Source of the DNA: an uncultured Candidatus Saccharibacteria bacterium | GTDB lineage: Bacteria > Patescibacteriota > Minisyncoccia > Phycocordibacterales > UBA918 | Assembly: GCA_964402035.1 (NCBI GenBank) | Contig: CAYOAM010000002.1 | Coordinates: forward strand, 106,111 to 170,110 | DNA length: 64,000 nucleotides | Reading direction: 5' to 3' | Shown: positions 17,592-26,512 of the stretch, one piece after another | Numbering within the stretch: position 1 is the stretch's first letter | Layout of the letters: every line of letters begins with the position of its first letter | Position numbers and translations under genes: made by a program | The notes under the pieces: model-generated | Told to the model about the DNA's origin: nothing | The model's database searches: none | What the model saw: only the letters and a program-made list of their open reading frames with translations

Positions 17592-18296
17592 TTAATTAGC
17601 CGTTGCAGTCAGTGTTGTAGTTGCGGTATAGGTATCTTCAGCGATTGAAGGAGCCGGGTTTGAAGTAATCTGCGTTCTAAAGAAAAAGGTGGTCGTTGCT
17701 CCTGAAGCAGTTGTTGCAGTTGTTCTTAGTATTGTAGATGTTGCAGACGAACTTAAACCATACCAACATGAAGAAGATCCACTGGTATCTGCAGAGCCAG
17801 TATTACATGCTGCCGTATCGTCAAGAAATTTTTGTGCTAGGTCTGAAGTAGTGCTAGCCGAGACAGTATATGCAAACTCACCAGTATTGGCACCGACTGA
17901 ATGTGAAAAGTCAGGTATCCCCGCCGTTGCATTGGTATAATTCGGAATACTACCTCCTTGAGTATTTCCTTGCATTGCAGGAGTACCACTCGCGGCAATC
18001 GTCATCGTGTAGCCGGTGTTGTTGTTGGTGTAAACACGAACTTGCGTTGCCCCGTTCGCAGTACCTCCTGTGAGGCCGGGGATTGCGGTATCCATGGTGA
18101 CATCAGCTCCAGTGCCGACAAAAGAAATTTCAGCAGTCACCGACTGTGAAATCGAAAACTGATCAAAGGCCTGAGAACGAATCACCGTCGGCTCAAGAAA
18201 AACATACATTGCCAAAAAAGCAACAAGTACAAATCCAGCGACAAGTGTCGACCTTCTAAAATCTTCTATCAGACCTGCAATATGTACTCTAGGCAT
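17592..18296 (-). CDS. Secreted or anchored protein, paralog of 15830-16582. It is a possible WxL-like (degenerate) protein.
   Basis: An N-terminal hydrophobic segment (LVAGFVLVAFLAMYVFL) is present. It shares motifs with 15830-16582, including the C-terminal EDTYTATTTLTATAN. Confidence 0.45.
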   Translation of the reverse strand: MPRVHIAGLIEDFRRSTLVAGFVLVAFLAMYVFLEPTVIRSQAFDQFSISQSVTAEISFVGTGADVTMDTAIPGLTGGTANGATQVRVYTNNNTGYTMTIAASGTPAMQGNTQGGSIPNYTNATAGIPDFSHSVGANTGEFAYTVSASTTSDLAQKFLDDTAACNTGSADTSGSSSCWYGLSSSATSTILRTTATTASGATTTFFFRTQITSNPAPSIAEDTYTATTTLTATAN

Positions 18297-18376
18297 ATAG
18301 GATTTTTCTTATTTATAAGATGATATATCTTAAAGTATACAGCACATACGTCGTCCTAACCGTTGACTATCCACAT

Positions 18377-19099
18377 CTACGTTGACGTGCTAACTTCCTC
18401 CTCTATTGGAACCATTAGAAAACGATACTGTGATTCTGATTTATTTTTAAAATGAGGCGTCACAATACCTGATGTACCCTCAGGATCCTTCTGTACGCTC
18501 ACTTCGTCTGAAAATGAATCGGCAATTTCGGTCAGTGAACGAGTGTCACTCGGTGGAACAACCACCATACCACTTTGGTTTTTTTTATCAGTGGCAGATG
18601 CTTCTTGTTGTACTGCAGTGCTTTGTACTGCCGCCGTTTCCGTCCTATCACCCATACTATAGAGCTCAGCAGCAATTGAACGTAAAACCTCTACTACGGT
18701 AGCAGATGACACCTGCGAACTCGGAAATGCTATATTGGCGTAGAAAAAAGCACCTACCACTACACTTGCACATAAAACCAAACCAGCTTTTGCTAACACG
18801 AGAGCTCGTGACTGCGGCACTGGCAATACCTGCATAACAACCTTTCTTGAACCAATTTCGACGCGCTCTCGAAGCCGCTCCTTTCGGACTCGTTCAGCAT
18901 TTTGACGTTTTATTTCTTCAGTATTTTCAACAAAAACAGCAAGGGATTTTGCATCTACAAACCATTGCCTACCAACTCGAGTACCAAGCACTTTCTTTTC
19001 GCGTGCCAATCGAGCAACATAGTCATTGGTATAACCAAATTGGCGTCCCGCTTCCACAGCGGACATCAATCCATCTTCTATATTGGCTGTCTGATCCAT
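18377..19099 (-). CDS. Single-pass membrane protein with an N-terminal excisionase / MerR-type helix-turn-helix.
   Basis: The segment GRQFGYTNDYVARLAREKKVLGTRVGRQWFVDAKSL matches the HTH_17 / excisionase DNA-binding motif (G..Y..rL.r.g...g.r.Gr.W). The TM helix is LVLAKAGLVLCASVVVGAFFYANIAF. The C-terminal part is about 110 aa. Confidence 0.65.
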   Translation of the reverse strand: MDQTANIEDGLMSAVEAGRQFGYTNDYVARLAREKKVLGTRVGRQWFVDAKSLAVFVENTEEIKRQNAERVRKERLRERVEIGSRKVVMQVLPVPQSRALVLAKAGLVLCASVVVGAFFYANIAFPSSQVSSATVVEVLRSIAAELYSMGDRTETAAVQSTAVQQEASATDKKNQSGMVVVPPSDTRSLTEIADSFSDEVSVQKDPEGTSGIVTPHFKNKSESQYRFLMVPIEEEVSTST

Positions 19100-19223
19100 A
19101 TGCGAATATTACCCGAGGCAACTATTTCCTAAGTATATACGTATTTTGAAGCATTGAATCGACTGGTTTCTGAATATGTGGAAATCTTTACTCAAATACC
19201 CGCTATCCACCAAGCACAAAGTA

Positions 19224-20135
19224 CTAGCGTGAGAGTTGCTTCAATACACTCGATACCGCCGCAAGATTATATGAAGCTTTATATACCGGTCCTGTTTTTA
19301 TGCTCTCACCTCTCTCGTACACCAAAACCCTTTGCAAGAAAACACTAGAGAAACTAACGCAGAAAGCCACCATAACGGCCAACGGGACCAGGGCAAATAC
19401 AAATGGTCTAGCCACCGATCTCTCTATAACCGGAATTTTATCGACAGCACTCGTAATACCGACTCTTTCTAACTTTTCGACAAAATTTGGAGGCACTGCC
19501 ACGACATGGTGCGGGTGCGGAATAGTATGCACGTTCTTTTCCTTCTGTTCTTCAATCTCTAAGTCAGTAATACTAAGTTCGCCCTCCATAAGCGGTTCAC
19601 TTTTCTTAAAACTCAAATCTGCATTTTTTTCAATGACATCAACCTCGAGTTTTAACTCCTCGTCATCCCCATCAATATTATCACTACCTTCAACTACAAC
19701 TTCAGTATCATGGTCTAATTCAGCTACAACATCTCCAACTTTATTTAGTCGAATATGGACTGCCTCATCGTCTTCTCGAGAAAACGGAGGATCTAGCGGA
19801 GCATTATCTCGCTCATACGTGATTTTAGTATGCAAAAGACGTTTCCGATATTCGGGCATTAGTGCTGGGTTATACAAAGAATTATGAATCTCGTGCGGTA
19901 GTTCTTTCTTTACGAGTTCAATATGCTCCAATGTTTTCTCCTTGTTTGAACGTCTATTATTTTTTTTGTATGAAAGAACATCTTCTTCACGTACATACCA
20001 AACGCGACCGATGCGCTTTGCTTCAATCTTTCCAGCTCTAGAAAGCTGGCCTATATAGTCAGTTGTATAGCCGGTCTGATCAGCCGCATCTGATGCCTTT
20101 ATAAAACGCACGCCGTCTATATCAATAACATTCAT
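19224..20135 (-). CDS. Single-pass membrane protein with an N-terminal excisionase / MerR-type HTH. It is a paralog of 18377-19099.
   Basis: The segment DQTGYTTDYIGQLSRAGKIEAKRIGRVWYVREEDV is the same HTH family. A long acidic linker (DGDDEELKLEVDVIEKN...) follows. The C-terminal TM is PFVFALVPLAVMVAFCVSFSSVFL. Confidence 0.65.
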   Translation of the reverse strand: MNVIDIDGVRFIKASDAADQTGYTTDYIGQLSRAGKIEAKRIGRVWYVREEDVLSYKKNNRRSNKEKTLEHIELVKKELPHEIHNSLYNPALMPEYRKRLLHTKITYERDNAPLDPPFSREDDEAVHIRLNKVGDVVAELDHDTEVVVEGSDNIDGDDEELKLEVDVIEKNADLSFKKSEPLMEGELSITDLEIEEQKEKNVHTIPHPHHVVAVPPNFVEKLERVGITSAVDKIPVIERSVARPFVFALVPLAVMVAFCVSFSSVFLQRVLVYERGESIKTGPVYKASYNLAAVSSVLKQLSR

Positions 20136-20244
20136 AAATTTTATTATACGCCTACTGAACAGTTTGAAAGTCTAAAACAAGTAATCACTGTGCATAAAGC
20201 AACCTGCATCAAAAAATACAAGTTAACGAAATTTCTTTACAATA

Positions 20245-21660
20245 CTAGCCTATTCGCTCAAGCAGGAAACGTTTCAATTGGTCTGGAGCAGCAGCCCCTT
20301 TAGTTTCTTTCATGCATTGACCCACAAGAAACTGTAACACAGCAACTTTTCCAGCTTTAAATTCCTGTACCACGTCAGGATGCTTTGAAACCACTCTTTC
20401 GACCACTTTCATGATCTCTTCTACAGGCATAGCCCCCAGATTTCTCTCATTCACCAACACAGCAGCATTTTTGCCTTCAAAAACCACCTCCTTCAGCATA
20501 TCCTTTGCTACTCTTGAAGTAATGGAATTGTTGCCTATTAGGGTCATTAAATCTATGAAACTCTCAGATGATGCATGTTCAAGGCTTAAGGTCTTATCAA
20601 GGTCCATATGACTCATCAGATCGGTAGTGATGTAGTTTGCTGTGAGTCGTATAAGCTCAGGGTCAGTTAGATCCCGAGCAGTTTTCTGGAAAAATTTACC
20701 TGCTTCTATGTTTGATACAAGTGTATCTGCAATGTTTTTCGGTAATCCGAGATAATCATATTTTAAGCGCAATTCACTTGGTAATTCTGGCATAATCTCG
20801 GTTAAACGAGATATGCTTATTTCATCTGTAACTGATAGATTAATCTTTGGAATATCTGGATCAGGGAAATATCGATAGTCATGGGAGGACTCTTTTTTTC
20901 GCTGAGAGAAAGTGAGCTGCTTCTGTTCATCCCACCCTCTCGTCTCTTGCGTAACACTTCCTCCTCCATCAAGTAGGGCTATCTGTCTCGATACCTCATA
21001 GGCTATAGCCATTTCAACAGATCTAAATGAGTTCAGATTTTTTACCTCTACCTTGGTACCCAAAACACCTGCTTTGCCTACCGAGATATTCGCCTCGACC
21101 CGCATCTGTCCCTCGTCCATATTGGCATTAGAAACCCCTAGTGTACGGAGCAACAGTTGCAACTCTCTTGCAAAATCTGATGCGGTTTTTGCGTCATGGA
21201 TCACTGGTTCCGTCACAAGCTCCATCAAAGGTACACCAGCTCTATTGTAATCAATAAGACTTCCAGCACCTTGATCATGTAGGGATCGCGCTGTATCTTC
21301 TTCTAAGTGCACGCGGGTAACCGCAATGTCCAATAGCGCTCCACCCCTGACAAGTGGATATGCGTACTGACTGATCTGGTATCCTTTTGGAATATCCGGG
21401 TAGAAATAATTTTTTCTATCAAACTCTGTGTAGGTCGCGATAGTACCTCGTAATGCCAAACCTACCATTACCACCGCCTCTACCGCACGTTTATTCACAG
21501 CAGGTAACGTACCCGGATGCCCCATACAGATAGGACAGACGTGCGTGTTCGGCATAGCACTCATGGGTGCGTTTTGAGATGCACAAAACATCTTCGTCTG
21601 CGTTTTCAGTTCAGCGTGTATTTCGAGTCCTATGGTTGGCAGATAGGTATGTTCGCTCAT
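20245..21660 (-). CDS. gatB: Aspartyl/glutamyl-tRNA(Asn/Gln) amidotransferase subunit B.
   Basis: The N-terminus MSEHTYLPTIGLEIHAELKT is the GatB signature, and the C-terminal YqeY-like tail is present. No gatA or gatC lies adjacent. Confidence 0.9.
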   Translation of the reverse strand: MSEHTYLPTIGLEIHAELKTQTKMFCASQNAPMSAMPNTHVCPICMGHPGTLPAVNKRAVEAVVMVGLALRGTIATYTEFDRKNYFYPDIPKGYQISQYAYPLVRGGALLDIAVTRVHLEEDTARSLHDQGAGSLIDYNRAGVPLMELVTEPVIHDAKTASDFARELQLLLRTLGVSNANMDEGQMRVEANISVGKAGVLGTKVEVKNLNSFRSVEMAIAYEVSRQIALLDGGGSVTQETRGWDEQKQLTFSQRKKESSHDYRYFPDPDIPKINLSVTDEISISRLTEIMPELPSELRLKYDYLGLPKNIADTLVSNIEAGKFFQKTARDLTDPELIRLTANYITTDLMSHMDLDKTLSLEHASSESFIDLMTLIGNNSITSRVAKDMLKEVVFEGKNAAVLVNERNLGAMPVEEIMKVVERVVSKHPDVVQEFKAGKVAVLQFLVGQCMKETKGAAAPDQLKRFLLERIG

Positions 21661-22706
21661 GATCCGCTCATAGTAGCAGAAGAATCGTTCTCTCTCAAAG
21701 CCCTCACCAGTGCATCTTGAAATACCTTGATTGATGCATCATCGAGGGCAGAGACGGCATACACCACATGCCCCGCTCTCTCAAAAAGAGCTTTACGTTC
21801 GGCCACCGCCTCTGGTGTCAGTACGTCAGTTTTAGTAAGCACGACCCACTCGCTCTTTTCAAAAATACTTGCATCATAGAGTCCCAATTCTTTTCGTATA
21901 TTTTGATACGTCTGCATAGGATCTTCCTGCTCACATGAGACACAATGGATGAGCATTTTTGTGCGCTTTACATGCTTCAAAAAAGTGTGACCCAACCCTT
22001 TCCCCGAAGCTGCTCCTTCAATCAATCCCGGAATATCTGCAAGTGTAAAACCAAAAAGGTCACCCAAGTGCGGCTCGAGTGTCGTGAATGGATAGCTCGC
22101 AACCTTTGACTGCGCTCTCGTAATTGTATTCAGTAATGTAGATTTACCAGCATTTGGTTCACCGATAATCCCCACATCAACAACAAGTTCGACTTCAATA
22201 GTAAATGCATCTTCCTCACCGCTTTTCCCGAGCGTGTGCTCTTCAGGACTACGATTGGTGGATGATTTAAAATACTCATTTCCAAGTCCACCATTCCCCC
22301 CTTTTAAAATGCAGACTTCTTCCCCTGCCGTAAACAGCTCAAATTTTCTACCTGAAGAATGGCAGGTGACGACGGATCCAACCGGTACGTCAATGTAGAG
22401 GTCTTCTCCATTTTTTCCAAAACGACTATTATCTTCACCGGCCCCCCCACTCTCTGCAGTGAATATCTTCGAACCGGTATATTTTGCAAGCACATTGTTA
22501 TCCCGTATTGCACGCATAAATACACTACCGCCCTTGCCGCCGTTTCCACCTGCAGGGCCTCCAAGCGGTCTGCTGCGCTCACGAAGCCAGCGCACGACAC
22601 CATTGCCGCCATTCCCCGCTTTTGCTTGGATTGTTATTTCGTCTATAAACATAGAGTTCCCGCTCAATACTACTTGGATCTTCCTTTCTGCCACAGCATA
22701 TACCAA
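21657..22706 (-). CDS. obg: GTPase Obg (ObgE/CgtA).
   Basis: The Gly-rich Obg fold (GGNGGNGVV...GGPAGGNGGKGGSVF) is present, followed by a G domain with GEPNAGKSTLL and DIPGLIEGA. The gene overlaps gatB by 4 nt. Confidence 0.9.
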   Translation of the reverse strand: MVYAVAERKIQVVLSGNSMFIDEITIQAKAGNGGNGVVRWLRERSRPLGGPAGGNGGKGGSVFMRAIRDNNVLAKYTGSKIFTAESGGAGEDNSRFGKNGEDLYIDVPVGSVVTCHSSGRKFELFTAGEEVCILKGGNGGLGNEYFKSSTNRSPEEHTLGKSGEEDAFTIEVELVVDVGIIGEPNAGKSTLLNTITRAQSKVASYPFTTLEPHLGDLFGFTLADIPGLIEGAASGKGLGHTFLKHVKRTKMLIHCVSCEQEDPMQTYQNIRKELGLYDASIFEKSEWVVLTKTDVLTPEAVAERKALFERAGHVVYAVSALDDASIKVFQDALVRALRENDSSATMSGS

Positions 22707-23302
22707 CCTGCACTAAACACCAACATTGACGCCAAACCGACAAAGAAGAGCGTCTGGCTGTTGTGTGCAAGTAATGCATTGCCCATGTATGCAAAAGCAA
22801 ACGAAAACCAGGTGACACCAAGAGCCGTCGCACTTGCAAAAATCCAAAATGGAATACCTTTGACAAAACCTAACGCATAACTGGTGAGATCAACGGGCAT
22901 CGAGAGACGGATAAGTACAATTCCCCAGAACGTTGCATGCGGACCAATTTTTTCAATCATACTATCAAGCCGAGAGAGAGAAATATATCTCCCCACAAAC
23001 GGACGTCCCACCCAGCGCGAAATAAGAAATGCTCCACATCCACCCAGCGTCCAACCAACGATTGACAGCACTCCCGTAGTAAACGGCCCAAATATCATCG
23101 ATAGCATCGGTATCATGGGTAATACCGAGACGGGCATACAAATCGTGGCAAAGACTAGTAGTACAACAAAGAAAAAATAACTCCCTACGGTATGGCCGGT
23201 AACAAACGATTCAAGTGTATCGATTACGGGGGATGCAAAAAATGGGACAATAGAAAGAGCTACTAGCACAATAAAAAAGAGGTACGGTATGTACCGACTC
23301 AT
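22670..23302 (-). CDS. DedA / TVP38 / VTT-domain membrane protein.
   Basis: It is a multi-TM protein carrying the characteristic VTT-domain core (PMIPMLSMIFGPFTTGVLSIVGWTLGGCGAFLISRWVGRPF). Confidence 0.7.
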   Translation of the reverse strand: MSRYIPYLFFIVLVALSIVPFFASPVIDTLESFVTGHTVGSYFFFVVLLVFATICMPVSVLPMIPMLSMIFGPFTTGVLSIVGWTLGGCGAFLISRWVGRPFVGRYISLSRLDSMIEKIGPHATFWGIVLIRLSMPVDLTSYALGFVKGIPFWIFASATALGVTWFSFAFAYMGNALLAHNSQTLFFVGLASMLVFSAGWYMLWQKGRSK

Positions 23303-23634
23303 GTAATAAGTTTATTTCCAATAGTGCTCATGATAGCCACAAGTACCGACCCTACAAGGGCAGGTAGAAAACCTGCGACAGAAAACCCTGGCACAAATGC
23401 GCTCACTCCCCAAAACAATAAACCATTGATCACAAAAATAAAAAGGCCCAGCGTTAGGAAGGTAATCGGTAGCGTGAGCACAATTAGTAGCGGTCGCACC
23501 ACTAGATGGAGTACACCCAAGACCAGTGCTGCGAGTAGGGCTACATATATATTGGCTATCTCTATACCATCCACAATATAGGTCACAGCCATGAGGGCGA
23601 GAGCGGTAACAACAATACGCAAGATTATTTTCAT
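23299..23634 (-). CDS. Small 4-TM membrane protein of the phage-holin-like family (PF04020, Phage_holin_4_2-like).
   Basis: The 111-aa sequence (MKIILRIVVTALALMAVTYIVDGIEI...ALLAALVLGVLHLVVRPLLIVLTLPITFLTLGLFIFVINGLLFW) closely follows the PF04020 consensus. Confidence 0.6.
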   Translation of the reverse strand: MKIILRIVVTALALMAVTYIVDGIEIANIYVALLAALVLGVLHLVVRPLLIVLTLPITFLTLGLFIFVINGLLFWGVSAFVPGFSVAGFLPALVGSVLVAIMSTIGNKLIT

Positions 23635-23665
23635 GCTCTTAGTATAGTAGGTTTTTAAAAAAACA

Positions 23666-26179
23666 CTATGCCACGATACGCCACGCCCCTCCCGCTAGAA
23701 GTTCTTCTGCTTTCTTGTATTTTATTTCCTTGGTCTCGGTACCGTTCGTTATCGTGACTACATCGTTACGATTGTATATTTTTTTTGAAACGGCCTTCGC
23801 AGGCACATTTTCTGTCTCGCTTCCCCCGATAAGTCGAGCATTTTTCTGGACATCTCGTAACTCTTTTTCCTCAGATTGAATGGCAGCTGGAGCAAGGTGC
23901 GGCATCATCTCGGCTATCCGCGCTAGTACCGCCTCCTGCATTTCACCAAATAGTCGAATACCCTCCTTACGATACTCCATCAAAGGATCTCGTTGTCCGT
24001 ATGCACGGAGATTTACGCTTGAACGTGTGTAGTCCATGAGCTCCAAGTGTTCGACCCATAGCATATCGGTAACTTGAAGAATAAGCTTACGCACCAAACC
24101 ATAAAATACTGCATCTCCTAACTCTGATTTCTTTGTAGTCGTAGCACTTTCTAGATCAGGAAACTGTGCTATGACCTGCTGTAGTACCAGTTCTATTTCT
24201 TCATGTGAGCCTTCTAGAATTTTCCTTCGTTGATCATATATAGAGCGACGCTGTCTATTCAAGACATCATCATATGCCAACACGTGTTTACGAGAATCAA
24301 AGTTAAAACCTTCAATTTTCTTTTGCGCAGATTCAAGCGATCGTGTAATGAGTCGATTTTCAATCGGTTGATCTTCCGGTATACCGAGACGACCCATCAT
24401 GCTCTTGACGGTATCAGCAGCAAACACACGCATCAGTGAGTCTTCCATCGATACAAAAAACTGTGTCGTACCAGGATCACCTTGACGACCAGCACGACCG
24501 CGCAACTGGTCATCGATACGTCGCGCCTCATGCCGCTCCGTACCAAGCACAAACAAACCGCCGAGCGCTTTCACCGCATCTTGCTCTTCTTTTGTTGCCA
24601 GGCTTCCACCAAGTTTAATATCGACACCACGACCAGCCATGTTGGTCGCCAAGGTTACATTACCGCGCAATCCTGCCTGCGCGATAATTTCTCCTTCACG
24701 TTCGTGATTTTTTGCGTTGAGAATTTGATGCGGAATTCCAGCCTTAGTAAGCAACTCACCCAACACCTCATTGCGTTCAATAGAAGCTGTACCAATAAGT
24801 ACCGGCTGACCACTTTCATGAAGCTCGCGCACCTTCCGCACAATAGCCTCATGTTTACCATGAGCCGTTTGGAAAATAAGATCATTTCGATCATCACGCA
24901 CAACGGGTCGATGAGGAGGCACCGGTACCACTTCAAGTCCATAGACCGTATAAAATTCTTCGGCTGACGTTAGTGCTGTACCCGTCATACCAGCAAGCTT
25001 TCCATACATGCGGAAATAATTTTGGAACGTGATGGAAGCATAGGTTCTTGATTCTTGCTGTACGCGCACACCTTCCTTTGCTTCTATTGCCTGGTGAAGT
25101 CCATCGGACCATCTGCGTCCCGGCTGCAATCGTCCCGTAAATTCATCAACGATAACCACCGCATCTTCACGCACCACATACTCTTTATCACGCGTATAGA
25201 GCGCTTGTGCTCGAACTGCTGTCTCGAGGTGGTGTACATACTTTATTCCTTTATCGGTATAAATGTTCTCAATACCCAAGAGTGACTGCGCGTGCTCAAT
25301 ACCTGCATCAGTGAGGGCGGCGCTCTTTAACTTTTCATCAACAATATAATGCTCCTCATTTTTGAGTTTTTTTGCAATACCAGCAAACAATGCATAGAGG
25401 TTTTCAGATTGACCTGCAGGAGCAGAAATGATGAGTGGCGTCCTCGCTTCATCAATGAGGATTGAGTCAATCTCGTCAACGAGCGCGAACGCATGCTCAC
25501 GCTGTCGCACGTCACCCATTTCGTACTCAATATTATCTCTAAGATAATCAAAACCGAATTCATTGTTGGTGCCATACGTAATATCGGCAGCATATGCCTC
25601 TCGCCGTGTGCATGGTCTCAAAAACTCATGTATGACCTTATACCCGCCCTCCTCATCACGAACTGTGTCATCATCAACGTGCGTTGGATCATACACATAT
25701 GATGCATCATGATTGATCACGCCTACACTTAGACCAAGAAAGGAATAAATCTGTCCCATCCACGTCGCGTCGCGTCGTGCCAAGTAATCATTCACCGTCA
25801 CAATGTGCACACCGCGTTTCGTGAGCGCATTGAGATACGCGGGGAGTGTACCCACCAACGTCTTTCCTTCTCCTGTTCGCATTTCTGTGATTTTGCCGCT
25901 ATGCAACAAAATACCTCCTACCATCTGCGCATCATAGTGGCGCTGCCCCAATGTCCTACGCGCTACCTCACGCACCACTGCATAGGCTTCGGGAAGCAAT
26001 AGATTGAGATCATTATTCTCCTCGAGACGTTTTAAAAACTCTGGTGTCTTTTGCGCAAGCTCAGCATCACCCAGTTTTTTTAATGTATCCTCAAAACTAT
26101 TAATACGCGGCACGAGCGCTGTCGCTCTGCGCAATTCGTCAGCATATGGCTTCCTAAATAGCTTTTCTAAAAATGACAT
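23666..26179 (-). CDS. secA: Preprotein translocase ATPase SecA.
   Basis: The N-terminus MSFLEKLFRKP... is typical. The DEAD-like motor carries MRTGEGKT, DEIDSILIDEARTPLIIS and TNMAGRGVDIKLGG. It is 837 aa. Confidence 0.95.
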   Translation of the reverse strand: MSFLEKLFRKPYADELRRATALVPRINSFEDTLKKLGDAELAQKTPEFLKRLEENNDLNLLLPEAYAVVREVARRTLGQRHYDAQMVGGILLHSGKITEMRTGEGKTLVGTLPAYLNALTKRGVHIVTVNDYLARRDATWMGQIYSFLGLSVGVINHDASYVYDPTHVDDDTVRDEEGGYKVIHEFLRPCTRREAYAADITYGTNNEFGFDYLRDNIEYEMGDVRQREHAFALVDEIDSILIDEARTPLIISAPAGQSENLYALFAGIAKKLKNEEHYIVDEKLKSAALTDAGIEHAQSLLGIENIYTDKGIKYVHHLETAVRAQALYTRDKEYVVREDAVVIVDEFTGRLQPGRRWSDGLHQAIEAKEGVRVQQESRTYASITFQNYFRMYGKLAGMTGTALTSAEEFYTVYGLEVVPVPPHRPVVRDDRNDLIFQTAHGKHEAIVRKVRELHESGQPVLIGTASIERNEVLGELLTKAGIPHQILNAKNHEREGEIIAQAGLRGNVTLATNMAGRGVDIKLGGSLATKEEQDAVKALGGLFVLGTERHEARRIDDQLRGRAGRQGDPGTTQFFVSMEDSLMRVFAADTVKSMMGRLGIPEDQPIENRLITRSLESAQKKIEGFNFDSRKHVLAYDDVLNRQRRSIYDQRRKILEGSHEEIELVLQQVIAQFPDLESATTTKKSELGDAVFYGLVRKLILQVTDMLWVEHLELMDYTRSSVNLRAYGQRDPLMEYRKEGIRLFGEMQEAVLARIAEMMPHLAPAAIQSEEKELRDVQKNARLIGGSETENVPAKAVSKKIYNRNDVVTITNGTETKEIKYKKAEELLAGGAWRIVA

Positions 26180-26190
26180 CAGGGTAGCAT

Positions 26191-26230
26191 ACCATAAAAA
26201 AGCATAAAGTCCTCCTTGTGGGAGGACTTT
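26191..26230 (-). terminator. Rho-independent terminator on the minus strand: a 10-bp perfect stem (aaagtcctcc / ggaggacttt), a 5-nt loop, then AUGCUUUUUUAU.
   Basis: I verified the stem arms as exact reverse complements, and a U-tract follows immediately downstream on the minus-strand RNA. It lies just downstream of the micro-ORF stop and 12 nt upstream of the secA start. Confidence 0.7.
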
Positions 26231-26263
26231 ATGTGTAGCTTTTCACTCGCAAGTGAACGATAT

Positions 26264-26353
26264 TTACTTGCGGCGTGATGACTTTTTTGCAGTCTTCTTC
26301 TTTGCTGCTTTCTTAGCAGGCTTTCGCTTTGCTGCTTTTTTCTTTGCGGCCAT
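26264..26353 (-). CDS. Candidate 29-aa Lys/Ala-rich basic micro-protein (MAAKKKAAKRKPAKKAAKKKTAKKSSRRK).
   Basis: The minus strand has an ATG at 26351-26353 and a TAA at 26264-26266, and the strong intrinsic terminator follows directly. It is not in the supplied track, which omits ORFs under 60 aa. A low-complexity Lys-rich ORF can arise by chance in AT-rich DNA, but the dedicated terminator argues for expression. Confidence 0.3.
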   Translation of the reverse strand: MAAKKKAAKRKPAKKAAKKKTAKKSSRRK

Positions 26354-26512
26354 ATATATTGTGTGGTGACAATTTTTTTAGCTTGTTGAAATTCGACCGC
26401 ACCATTTTCTTCGTGAGAAGAAAATATTGCTACTCACACAATTATCCGTCACAAAAAGTTTACGCACAATCGAAAATAAATTTTTTATGTGGATAACATT
26501 TCTAAATATTTT

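Noticed and set aside
18377-23634. Prophage remnant: excisionase-type HTH genes plus a holin-family gene.
   Set aside because: No integrase, terminase, capsid, tail or portal genes are present. The intervening genes are core housekeeping (gatB, obg). The HTH proteins are membrane-anchored paralogs rather than small excisionases. PF04020 proteins are common outside prophages.
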